A stretch of 53,184 bases of DNA from IMG/VR virus record IMGVR_UViG_3300043570_000610, positions 1-53,184 of that record. One strand, given 5' to 3'. This document shows, one piece after another, positions 19,497-28,944 of the stretch (positions are counted from its first letter, which is position 1; every line of letters starts with the position of its first letter). The notes under the pieces are model-generated. The model saw only the letters and a program-made list of their open reading frames with translations, had not been told where the DNA came from and ran no database searches. This stretch comes from a virus (Duplodnaviria > Caudoviricetes). The translations under genes and the position numbers were made by a program.

Positions 19497-21362
19497 TTAA
19501 GTTCCGATTATATTGATTGTTGTGCCTGTGATATAATTTCCCGTACCTGAGATTGTAGAAGTATCTTGTGCTAAAACCAAATTCTTATTTGCATACGCGG
19601 TGACCGCATACGTATAGGAAATATCCTCATTTACTGGTGCCATAATGATGTCCGGTGATGAACCTTGTGGCTTAATATAAATTCTAAGATAAAAATCCGT
19701 ACCAGAAATAGTATTAATATATAAACTAGGTATCAAGATTTTACCTGTTTGATACTCTATTGTTCCTACGGCAGTTGATATCAGGACATTAGTATCATCA
19801 TACAAATCTAATACACCCGGCAGCGAATCATCTTCGGTATAACTATCTCGTAGATAACATGTCACTTCTTTACCCGATGGTAATATCGTGGTAAAAAGGT
19901 TTGATCTTACACTATTGGGGGTGATTGTAGTATTATATGCAAATGAAATTCTATTATTTTCGGCCGTGAATGGCTCGTATGCTCTATGCAGATTCATTTC
20001 TATATTAGTGGCATAGATAGAAGTTGAAACAGAATTTAATAATTCTAACAATTCTGAATAGTAAAAGTTCTTTTTTACTTTAGAAGTTGTATTTACAAAA
20101 TAACTCGCCAAGTATTCAGACATAGTATTCTGAATAACGGAAGCAGACACAGATGTATTATTTTTTAAATATCTGGCTGTTATGTTAAGGCTAATATAAA
20201 GATATGAAGGATCCACAAATACTGGCTGGATTCCAACTACACCTCTAGGCTTTAGAATGTCCCGTGCAATAGATGTCTTATCGGATTCCGTGATAACGCT
20301 ATTTGGTAGAGGCTCAATTGAAACGAAAACTTTACCATAGATAGGAGGGTCATTATCTTCTCCGCCCCAAACAGTTATCGAATTGATGTTGGCGTATTGA
20401 CTCTCAATTAGTGCTGTATAGTCCTCGGCAGTCACGGCTCTATTCTTTGTGGCGTTGAATTTAGGAGCAATATAGCGTATCGAATCTGTTGTCTGTGCCG
20501 CTGCTCCGCCATATGATGCTGCACTTGAAACAGAAATTGTTTCTCCTGTCCCAAGAATTACAGACTTTGCTGTTAATGTTGTAATGCCATTAGCACCAGC
20601 GCCGCCGCTTACGAGATAATCTATAGTAACAATATTACCCGTTGTTAATTTTTTACCCAAAACGTTGTCGCCAAAACGGACTTCAACTAATGCATTTGCA
20701 TTTTCTTCAACAAAGAATGCTCTTGTAGTTCCTGTGAGAGAAACTATGTTCAGTTCTTGAACAAACGTTTGCATCTCTAATTCACTTGTTGATGTCTGGA
20801 CTTTACATGTTACAGTAGACGTATCGACATTTGTATTTAAAAGTTCAAATGGGCCCGATTCCGTATCTGCGGTAACAGTAAAGAAGTTATTAGTTCTTAC
20901 GCCTTCAACCAGAGTTGCAACGAATGTGAAAGTTCCGTCTGCTTTTATCGCAGTAATATCGTCTTCAGGATAAAATGTATACGTAACACCATCTGAGCCA
21001 ACTCCTCTAAACCCTATATTTTTACTTATAGTAGCCACGCTTGATGTATAAGAAAGCGGCGGAGTTATAGTAATAGTGGCATCAACTCTGGCGGAGCGAA
21101 TTGAGCGAGGATTATATCCAAGAGATTTAGAAATCGAGACAACAGACGATCTTTTTACCGCACTGTCAATAAACATTTCGTTTGCAAGAAGATGCGCGAG
21201 AGTGGCGTTATAGTGAGTATTGTATGCAAGAATATCAATTAAAACCGACAGACCAGAACCATCAAAGTTGTAGTCCGCAAACTCGGTTTGACTTTGTAGA
21301 TATGTCTTTAGATTTTCTCTAATACCAAAAAAATCTAGTTCGGTAACATTTAATTGAGCCAT
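19497..21362 (-). CDS. gp6: Baseplate wedge subunit gp6
   Basis: LDFFGIRENLK, DYNFDGSGLSVLIDILAYNTHY, RAVTAEDY and WGGEDNDPPIYGKVF. Confidence 0.9.
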   Translation of the reverse strand: MAQLNVTELDFFGIRENLKTYLQSQTEFADYNFDGSGLSVLIDILAYNTHYNATLAHLLANEMFIDSAVKRSSVVSISKSLGYNPRSIRSARVDATITITPPLSYTSSVATISKNIGFRGVGSDGVTYTFYPEDDITAIKADGTFTFVATLVEGVRTNNFFTVTADTESGPFELLNTNVDTSTVTCKVQTSTSELEMQTFVQELNIVSLTGTTRAFFVEENANALVEVRFGDNVLGKKLTTGNIVTIDYLVSGGAGANGITTLTAKSVILGTGETISVSSAASYGGAAAQTTDSIRYIAPKFNATKNRAVTAEDYTALIESQYANINSITVWGGEDNDPPIYGKVFVSIEPLPNSVITESDKTSIARDILKPRGVVGIQPVFVDPSYLYISLNITARYLKNNTSVSASVIQNTMSEYLASYFVNTTSKVKKNFYYSELLELLNSVSTSIYATNIEMNLHRAYEPFTAENNRISFAYNTTITPNSVRSNLFTTILPSGKEVTCYLRDSYTEDDSLPGVLDLYDDTNVLISTAVGTIEYQTGKILIPSLYINTISGTDFYLRIYIKPQGSSPDIIMAPVNEDISYTYAVTAYANKNLVLAQDTSTISGTGNYITGTTINIIGT

Positions 21363-21363
21363 A

Positions 21364-21762
21364 TTATCTGCTTCTTCTTAGAATAGTTGAAAAATTAAAA
21401 GGACCTTCGATACCATAGACATAAAAAGTAATGTTCACCGAAAAAGTATTTGTATCATATTCAGGAACAACCTCTATGTCTTGCGCTCTAACTCTTGGTT
21501 CATATTTGTTAATCAATATTTCAAGTTCAAGTTGCAATCTATTGGCTGTAATAACATCGATATTTTCAAACAATAATGCGTATATGGGAGACCCCAATTT
21601 TGGTTGAAAAGGTCGCTCATAAAATCTAGTAAGCACTAGAGTTTTAAGAGATTGTTTAACTGCATTGACATCATATTTCTTCGCAACATCACCCGTCACA
21701 GGATTAGCTGCAAACGAAAGATCGAAGTCCGAGTATATTCTGTTTACTTGTTTAATAGACAT
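21364..21762 (-). CDS. gp25: Baseplate wedge subunit gp25
   Basis: YSDFDLSF..NPVTGD, AVKQSL, ERPFQP.LGS and YEPRV. Confidence 0.9.
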   Translation of the reverse strand: MSIKQVNRIYSDFDLSFAANPVTGDVAKKYDVNAVKQSLKTLVLTRFYERPFQPKLGSPIYALLFENIDVITANRLQLELEILINKYEPRVRAQDIEVVPEYDTNTFSVNITFYVYGIEGPFNFSTILRRSR

Positions 21763-21767
21763 AAGTA

Positions 21768-21775
21768 TATTTATA
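21768..21775 (-). promoter_or_regulatory. T4-type late promoter TATAAATA
   Basis: Exact consensus 5 nt upstream of the gp25 ATG. Confidence 0.75.
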
Positions 21776-21782
21776 CATTAAA

Positions 21783-22655
21783 TTAGCCTCTGAGACCCGG
21801 CATTTGATCAAATTGTCCTTTCTTTCCATACGCTTTGTCTTCATAGAAACTTTGTGCCCAACCTCTAACTGCTAGTGTTGACGGTTGTCTTAATCCAACG
21901 TGAACCCATGGACCATTACAACGCGACGGCGCATGTTCGTAAAGAAGCTGATCGTAAGGAATCTTCAATCCTGCAATAATGTTTGCAACATCGCGGTGTC
22001 TGCCGCCTCCATATCCGCAACTTCCGAACTGCATATCAATACCCCAACCAACATTATGAGCCGAACCATTTGTTTTTGGTCGCAGAGTTGATGTAATCAC
22101 GAGACCTTTGCCAAAACGCTCTCTAATAGGGTCGACACAGAGAACAAAAAGATCACGCAAGTTTTGAACTATTTGATATGCCGTCCATCTTCTACCTGCG
22201 CAAGATTTTGAGCCAGGAACACTCGCTGAGCCTAGTGCCGTGTTCAATACGTCTCGTAAAGTGTAGTAGTGTGATATCTTAATACTAGATGCCTGAGCAT
22301 TATAGTTTCCAGATGTAGGAATTGCTGGTAGCTTATTTCCTTTAAAATCTGTATCGGTCTTTCTAAGTCCCGCGGCGGGCGGCACCGGAGTTCCCGGTTC
22401 AGTGGATGTCGGTGCCCCTCCTTCATCGCCCATGAAACTAGGACTACCGTCGCTGTTCGCGCTTGCACAACCAGGATCCTCATTTGCCGGTTCATTTGTG
22501 GCCGCAGGTGCAATAGTTTCTGTTGGTTGTGGTTGACCCGCGACTGGGGCCGCCGGAGCAGTAGGGGCGCCGCCGGCTGGCGGCGCCGTCGTAGTTGTTG
22601 GCGTATTAGAGTTTGCTACGGGTGGATTTGTTGGTGGTGTTGGTGTTTCTGCCAT
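21783..22655 (-). CDS. Peptidase M15-like (Zn) cell-wall peptidase with Pro/Thr-rich N-terminal linker
   Basis: ISHYYTL, NL..L...VDPIR, ITSTLR, SAHNVGWGIDM (H-x6-D), YDQLLYE and WVHV. Confidence 0.7.
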   Translation of the reverse strand: MAETPTPPTNPPVANSNTPTTTTAPPAGGAPTAPAAPVAGQPQPTETIAPAATNEPANEDPGCASANSDGSPSFMGDEGGAPTSTEPGTPVPPAAGLRKTDTDFKGNKLPAIPTSGNYNAQASSIKISHYYTLRDVLNTALGSASVPGSKSCAGRRWTAYQIVQNLRDLFVLCVDPIRERFGKGLVITSTLRPKTNGSAHNVGWGIDMQFGSCGYGGGRHRDVANIIAGLKIPYDQLLYEHAPSRCNGPWVHVGLRQPSTLAVRGWAQSFYEDKAYGKKGQFDQMPGLRG

Positions 22656-22664
22656 ATATTCCTC

Positions 22665-25600
22665 TTATGCCAACGATGTATTGGGGTTCAATGCCGTATC
22701 GTCGTTGATTGTCGCTTGTTCTGGGAAGGAGATTCCACCCGCCGAATTTAGAAGCTGACTACTACCACCTGACCCCGCCGAAGTAAGACCATCTGGACCA
22801 CCGATAATAGGTGATGCCGAGACAGATACTGGCTTTTCAATAGGAATTGGATTTGCAAGTGTTGCAATCTTGGCGCCAGTTGCTTCGCTGGCTGGATCCG
22901 CCGAATTAGCATTACCAGCAGTTACCGCCGACCCCGGTTCGGTAACAGAAGCTGTTGTTGGACCAGAGACTGGAAGATCGTGATCGTCGCCGCCATTAGT
23001 ACCAGTATCAGTTCCAGTTGCTCGAAGATTTGTGCTGCCAGCATTCAAAGTGGAAATATTTGCTGTTGTTACATCAAGAGTTGCGGTATCAATAGATGAA
23101 GACGCAACAAGAGGTGCCTTAAGATTGATATTTCCTGCACCCTCAACATTAACGGCTGCACCAGACTTGACATTGGTTGCTGCCGCAGAGTTGACATTCA
23201 CTGCATTACCAGACTTGACGTTAACTGAATCCGCTGCTTGTGCATTGATAACATTCGCAGACTTGATATTTGTAGAAGCAATCGATTCTGTATTAACAGA
23301 ACCAGCAGACTTGATATTTGTATTACCAAGCGATTCTATGTTTGTATGTGTACCAGACTTACTATCGATAGTTACTGCGGCTTTGCTCAGGATTGAACCA
23401 TCTGTGTCTTGATTGATATTGCCAACAGATGTATGATAAGAAACTCCAGATACCTTAACATGATAATCACCCTTAGATGTTACTTTATAACCGCTTGCGG
23501 TAAGGTTATGAGTGCCATCAATTGTCGAATTGAAGTTGCCTGCGCCATGTATTTGCATATCACCTTTATTATCGTGTGAGAATACACCATCGTTTCTAAT
23601 GAAGATACCGCCGCCTACAGATAGACCAAAGTGGCCAGCAACGTTTAGATTGAAGTCATTATGAACATCCATGTTGACCTTACCATTCATAGTAAGATTT
23701 GCATCGCCCATAATCATAACATTACATTCACCCGCAACGTGAACATTTGCTCGGCCTTCAATTAAAATATATCCATTGTTATCGATAATTGTATAGTTAT
23801 CACCAACAACGCGAGTTACTTGTGTTCCGTCAGGACCGATTTCATTAAATGATCCTGATTTATGAGCGGTGTGAATACGTTCGGCACCAGGAGTATCGTC
23901 GATTTCTTGAACGTGACCGGATTCCGAAGCAGTAACCTTGTTGAAAGGATACTGTGCAGCATATGCGGTCTTAGGTTGCGACCAAGATCCGCCGTTTCTA
24001 CCCGCTTTTGGAATGTCCCTTTTACGAAGAGCATTCTTAGCGGCAGGTGATGCACCAGAACTTAAACTCTCTTGATTCGCACCCTGTGATGTCGGGTTAT
24101 TCTGAATATGAGGCGAATTTATACCCACAGCAAGAGGATTAGTATCTGGTTTACCACCGAGTGACTTCTTCGGATATTGACCTTTTGGATCACCGAACCC
24201 GTCTTGGGTATCGTTTGTCACCGGAATATTCGCAGCATCCGATGGGGCTTGTGTCAGTGACTGCGCGGTATCTGCCGCGGCGGGATGTTCTACGCTATCT
24301 GCTTGTAGCGGATTAGTATTAGGCGGGACTGATGCAATAGGAGGAGCGACTCTCGTCACTTCTTTTTGCGATGACGCAAATCCTTTTTGATCTTCTACAA
24401 TTGTAGTTGTTACTACAGAACCATCGCCATATTTTTCGGTGACAACAGTAGTCGTTGAACCGTCTGTATTTGATTTACTTGGTCCTTGTGCCGCTACTGG
24501 AGTATTATTACTAAAAGTTTTCTTGACTTTCTCAAGATTTGTTGTATACTCACCGGCAATGCCAGACTTGGCACTAATAAGATCATTTGATAGTGTAGTA
24601 TCTGGTCCAAGTGGAGGATTATTAGTATCTCTAACCCATTTATTATAGTTAAAGATGATGTCTTTTTGTTCTCTCTTTAGAGAAGTAATAACATCAAGCC
24701 ATGCTTCTGCGGTAGGAAGATCCCACTTAGCTGTTGACGTATCGCCCGCGGAAACCTCTTGCGTCAATTCAACAATGTCTCGCATCGTGGATTCAATTTC
24801 GCGAGTTAATTGGGCGTCAATACTTTCCTGCCATTCAGGTCTGTTCAGAGATATAATATATTTTGTTCTATCTGGTTGATAGTTTATCGGTTTTAATCCA
24901 TCGACCTGTATTGCGTAGTTACCCCCAAACGGAATAACTGTGGCAATTATTGGAATCTCTCTGAGTGGCAACGCCCCACTATTTTGAGGATAAAGAGCAT
25001 TTCCAAGATTTTGTTCAAATATTTTAGGTGTTTTTGGAGTATAGTTATTGATACGTTCTTGCTTAATTGCACCGTCAATAGCAGAAATCAGTGTCAAATA
25101 CTGAGGAGTTTTAGTATCGGTCTTATCAATTAAGTTTACAGACGCAATGGGTGTTCCCTTGGTAGATAGTGTAACAACACCATTAGATGCTGTCCATTGA
25201 TATGAAACTTCGACTGAGCCATATGTAGACTTCATTGGATTAGGGTCGACAGGTGGCGAAGAAGCCTGCGTTGGTCCTCCTACCGCGGCCGCAATTTGCG
25301 TGGACGGTAGCGTAGGAACTGCGTCTGCGGACGCCGCACCTGTTTGAGGTGTTGGAGGAACAGAAGCGGGTGATACCGGCAAGAACGACGAAACAATTTC
25401 ACCTTCTGCTGGCTTTTCGGTAGTGGTAGGTGAAGAGCCGCCCAACATTCCTGAAACATTTGATGCTGCATTCGACAACGCACTTGTAACGTTGCCCGTG
25501 GCAGAGTTGAGTGCTCCTTGTGCGTTACCAGCTATACCCGAAACTGCGCCAGTTGCCGCTGATATAGCGCCCGTAACATTTGATACCGCAGAAGCGCCAA

Positions 25601-27878
25601 GGGCGGCAGCGGCGGCAGATGGATCTTTTGCACCGGCTGTTATCGCGGTGAGATTATTAGCAAGAGCAAGACCGGACACTGCGGTCGAACTGGAATTGAG
25701 TATGCCACTTGCTGCCGCAGATGCTTGTTTCTTCAATGATTCCATCGATGCAGAACCGGCACTACTAATCAGAGAAGTCAATTCTGGTTTACTTACACCG
25801 ATTGCACTAATAGAGGCTGCTTTTGCTTGCTCGAACTTATCAAGCAATCCAGGTTTAGCACCTGTTTGTTCTATTAGCGTGGTATTGAGTGCTGGAATAG
25901 CTGCACCCACGTTTCCCATCTTATTAGTTTCTGATGCAATCAGATCAGAAATTTTTGCGGGGTCAGTGACGCCATCGATTGCCGCACGAAGAAGTGCAGT
26001 TGCACCCGGAGGACACATACCGCGACGATTTAACTCATTGATTACCGCAGTCTGTGAATCGTTGGCTAGACCAAAACCAGACTTTAGGGATTCGCCAATA
26101 AAACTTAACGATGCTGGATCAACTTTGCCGCTTGCCCCGGCTGCACCAAGCGCAGTACCTACCGCTTCTGTGGCAGTATTTTCAACATCGGCTGCTAGTG
26201 AAGTAATCTGTTTTGCAAGCGATGTATTAGATACCTTGCTTACCGCAGAGGTTATACTATTTTTAGACGCAAGACTACTAATAGATGGAACTTTGCTGGT
26301 AACTCCGCTAACTTTAGATGAAATGCTTGATATAGACTTCAATGCTGAAGTAGTATTTGCTGGCAATATACTTGACGCCGCGGTCAAGGCATCTTTAGCC
26401 TTATTGATTTCACCGAGTTTATCTTTGATTGTTGATGCTGCTATTCCCAGTCCAGCATCTAGTATTCCACCGATATCGGCAGGAATAATTCCATTTTTAA
26501 CTAGTCCAGAAATGACTCCGTTTATGTTTTTACCAGATAGAACATCAGCCAGATCTTTAGCAGTCTCTATTAGAGCCTTGGTACTGATTTCTGTTGTTGG
26601 TGCTCTTACGCCGGATTTTAGTAGTGGCTTATCGCTATTAGTTTCTTTTGGTTTTTCAGCAACCGCGTTATATCCAATATCATACCAATACTTAGAGTTG
26701 ACGCCATCCGAATTCGATTTGATAACACCTTGGGCAAAACTAATAGCATCATCTAATTTTCCACAAAGCGCAACGGAAAGTAAGCCTGCTACAGTTTCCT
26801 TAGAAGTGTTTTCATTCACAATCTTCGCATTGCTTAAATCTACGTATGCCTTCTTTAAATAATAATATGCTGCTTTATCTTGCATTTCTTCCGACGTAAC
26901 GAAAGAAATCATGCTTCTTACGGCAGCCTCATGATTTAGAGGAATAGGATTGTATAAGAAGAAATACTGGATATTATTGCCGGCTTCTCTTTTGTAAGGT
27001 GCGAAGTCATATTCGCCTGCCCTATCTTGAACTGCCTCTGCGTATGACTTAACTCTTTCAGCGGCACCAGGACGATTGCCATTGATCTGAATGCAATCTT
27101 CTGCCCATTCTTGTATTTCTGGTTTTAGAAAATCAATATCAATAAGTTGTGATATCGTCATTCTATATGCGCCGTATTCACCGCGATTGTGAACCTTACG
27201 CCATATGTTTCTCTTACCGCCGACAACATATTTTCTAGAAATTGCTTGTTGACATGCCGTAAGAACTTTTACACAGTCTTCTTTTGTTAATTTGCCGGGC
27301 GAACCGATATCTGGTAATTTTGCGGCAGTAGTTTGATATCCAGAACTTGCCTTAGAAGTTTCAATCGTAGTAGGAACAGCCTTTAATACTTCAGTTGCTG
27401 CTTTAGAAACATTGAGAGGAACATCTGCAATCTTTAATGCGCCGGTTATCACTCCGGAAATATTTCCATTTGATGCTGCATTAAGAATGCTTAACCCATT
27501 TGATAATAATTTGCTAGTAGTTTTATCGATAACTCCACTCTTAGTAAGAGTTGCGAGCAACTTATTTGCATTAGAAACTGTATTTCCGGGCAGCGATGAC
27601 GAAGAGACATTAATCTGTTTAGTTAAACTATTTGCACCCGTCTTTGAGAGTAAACCTACTGCCGCTAATCCGCTAGTTACTGCGGATAAGTTGGGAGTTT
27701 TTCCTTGTTCGATTGTGTTCGCTAAGGACAATCCAGATTTGACTGCCTTGGCCTGATCTCGTGACAAAACGCCAGCTGAAGACAGTGCATTTACCGTTGA
27801 GGATAAATCAGGAAGTTTACCAGTTTTGACAGACTTGACTGCCGAGGTAATTAGACTGGTTGCTTGTAATAATGACAT
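22665..27878 (-). CDS. gp5: gp5-like baseplate spike, central and C-terminal part (putative lysozyme-like domain, long Ala/Ser-rich region, beta-helix)
   Basis: GFGDPKGQYP, YPFNKV..SESGHVQEIDDTPGAERIHTAHKSG and 8-residue beta-helix repeats near the C-terminus; lacks the N-terminal OB fold. Confidence 0.75.
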   Translation of the reverse strand: MSLLQATSLITSAVKSVKTGKLPDLSSTVNALSSAGVLSRDQAKAVKSGLSLANTIEQGKTPNLSAVTSGLAAVGLLSKTGANSLTKQINVSSSSLPGNTVSNANKLLATLTKSGVIDKTTSKLLSNGLSILNAASNGNISGVITGALKIADVPLNVSKAATEVLKAVPTTIETSKASSGYQTTAAKLPDIGSPGKLTKEDCVKVLTACQQAISRKYVVGGKRNIWRKVHNRGEYGAYRMTISQLIDIDFLKPEIQEWAEDCIQINGNRPGAAERVKSYAEAVQDRAGEYDFAPYKREAGNNIQYFFLYNPIPLNHEAAVRSMISFVTSEEMQDKAAYYYLKKAYVDLSNAKIVNENTSKETVAGLLSVALCGKLDDAISFAQGVIKSNSDGVNSKYWYDIGYNAVAEKPKETNSDKPLLKSGVRAPTTEISTKALIETAKDLADVLSGKNINGVISGLVKNGIIPADIGGILDAGLGIAASTIKDKLGEINKAKDALTAASSILPANTTSALKSISSISSKVSGVTSKVPSISSLASKNSITSAVSKVSNTSLAKQITSLAADVENTATEAVGTALGAAGASGKVDPASLSFIGESLKSGFGLANDSQTAVINELNRRGMCPPGATALLRAAIDGVTDPAKISDLIASETNKMGNVGAAIPALNTTLIEQTGAKPGLLDKFEQAKAASISAIGVSKPELTSLISSAGSASMESLKKQASAAASGILNSSSTAVSGLALANNLTAITAGAKDPSAAAAALGASAVSNVTGAISAATGAVSGIAGNAQGALNSATGNVTSALSNAASNVSGMLGGSSPTTTEKPAEGEIVSSFLPVSPASVPPTPQTGAASADAVPTLPSTQIAAAVGGPTQASSPPVDPNPMKSTYGSVEVSYQWTASNGVVTLSTKGTPIASVNLIDKTDTKTPQYLTLISAIDGAIKQERINNYTPKTPKIFEQNLGNALYPQNSGALPLREIPIIATVIPFGGNYAIQVDGLKPINYQPDRTKYIISLNRPEWQESIDAQLTREIESTMRDIVELTQEVSAGDTSTAKWDLPTAEAWLDVITSLKREQKDIIFNYNKWVRDTNNPPLGPDTTLSNDLISAKSGIAGEYTTNLEKVKKTFSNNTPVAAQGPSKSNTDGSTTTVVTEKYGDGSVVTTTIVEDQKGFASSQKEVTRVAPPIASVPPNTNPLQADSVEHPAAADTAQSLTQAPSDAANIPVTNDTQDGFGDPKGQYPKKSLGGKPDTNPLAVGINSPHIQNNPTSQGANQESLSSGASPAAKNALRKRDIPKAGRNGGSWSQPKTAYAAQYPFNKVTASESGHVQEIDDTPGAERIHTAHKSGSFNEIGPDGTQVTRVVGDNYTIIDNNGYILIEGRANVHVAGECNVMIMGDANLTMNGKVNMDVHNDFNLNVAGHFGLSVGGGIFIRNDGVFSHDNKGDMQIHGAGNFNSTIDGTHNLTASGYKVTSKGDYHVKVSGVSYHTSVGNINQDTDGSILSKAAVTIDSKSGTHTNIESLGNTNIKSAGSVNTESIASTNIKSANVINAQAADSVNVKSGNAVNVNSAAATNVKSGAAVNVEGAGNINLKAPLVASSSIDTATLDVTTANISTLNAGSTNLRATGTDTGTNGGDDHDLPVSGPTTASVTEPGSAVTAGNANSADPASEATGAKIATLANPIPIEKPVSVSASPIIGGPDGLTSAGSGGSSQLLNSAGGISFPEQATINDDTALNPNTSLA

Positions 27879-27890
27879 TAAATGCTCCGA

Positions 27891-28919
27891 TTATGCTTTA
27901 GCAGACAACATTGCTGGTGTATATTGTCTAGAGAATTTATCAACTTTGGCGAAATTTTCTCTACCAAAGGCAGAACCTGTGCTAAAGTTGTCTCTGCCTC
28001 CAGTTGCATCTGTAATGATTTTGTTTGCTTCGCTCTGACTTCTCGCCGTTTTTCTGCCTCGAACCACTCCTCCACCCAAGCCTCGATATTGATAGAAGGC
28101 AAAAAACGCCTTAACCGCCACATCTTGATCAGTAATCAACAAATCTGGATTAGCTATGATATCAACGCCAATAATTTGTTTAATCGCGGCATAGTTTGCT
28201 CTACCCGTCAACTGATTTAGACCCTTACCTCTGTAATTCCATCCGTCGGTTCCGCCTTTATTACCATTTACGGTAGCATAGATGAAGTTGGCCAGACCCT
28301 GTGGATTATTGGCATATTTAACTGCCTGATCTGCTCTTTTCGGCCACACTTCTCTAATTCTTGCTGCGGAATAATTCATTTTTTCTGCTTTGGGCGTCAG
28401 ACCACATTCTTTTTGCGCGAGTGCAACAAATGCGATAGCCATATAGTCATCATAACCAAGACTTTTTGCTGTTTGGAAAATCTTTTGGGCCATTCCTTTG
28501 GCACTACCGGATACTTGAATATCTTGTGCGCCGCCTGGTGCACCTGCTGGATCAGAAGCACTGTTGCCACCTGCTGGTGCGCATGGATCACCTGCCGGAC
28601 CGCCAGGTACCGCACCGACCGTGCCAAAAAACATGGGGTGCTGGCCGTCTGAGCCATCTGCAAAGAAACCTACGACCCACGTTCCGGTCACTACGCCGTT
28701 CGCCGAGCCGCCGACCCCAGATATTGAGGGATTATTTGCGGGCATAATTGGGACAGCCCACGGCAAATCTTCTGTCGGTAGTAGCTCCGTGCTATCTATG
28801 TGATAACCCATGATACGAACACGGCATCTTCCGATGCGTAAAGGATCGTCGCGATCTTCGACCACGCCGAACCACCAGTAAAACTGGCCAACATTATTAG
28901 TTGTTCTATTATCCATCAT
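27891..28919 (-). CDS. gp5: gp5 N-terminal OB-fold fused to a GH19-type lysozyme
   Basis: WWFGVVEDRDDPLRIGRCRVRIMGYH...LPWA...GTWVVGFFADG, followed by ECG...EKMNYS...ANFIYA..NGN..DGWNYRGKGLNQLTGRANY. Confidence 0.85.
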   Translation of the reverse strand: MMDNRTTNNVGQFYWWFGVVEDRDDPLRIGRCRVRIMGYHIDSTELLPTEDLPWAVPIMPANNPSISGVGGSANGVVTGTWVVGFFADGSDGQHPMFFGTVGAVPGGPAGDPCAPAGGNSASDPAGAPGGAQDIQVSGSAKGMAQKIFQTAKSLGYDDYMAIAFVALAQKECGLTPKAEKMNYSAARIREVWPKRADQAVKYANNPQGLANFIYATVNGNKGGTDGWNYRGKGLNQLTGRANYAAIKQIIGVDIIANPDLLITDQDVAVKAFFAFYQYRGLGGGVVRGRKTARSQSEANKIITDATGGRDNFSTGSAFGRENFAKVDKFSRQYTPAMLSAKA

Positions 28920-28944
28920 AGTATAAGTAACTCCATTAATCTAT

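Noticed and set aside
25423-26862. 479-aa plus-strand ORF
   Set aside because: Antisense shadow of the Ala/Ser-rich gp5 region; no SD or recognisable motifs, and the biased codons explain the lack of stops.
21783-28919. Genome-wide stop codon reassignment
   Set aside because: TAA ends most conserved genes at their expected C-termini, and TGA and TAG are also used as stops.
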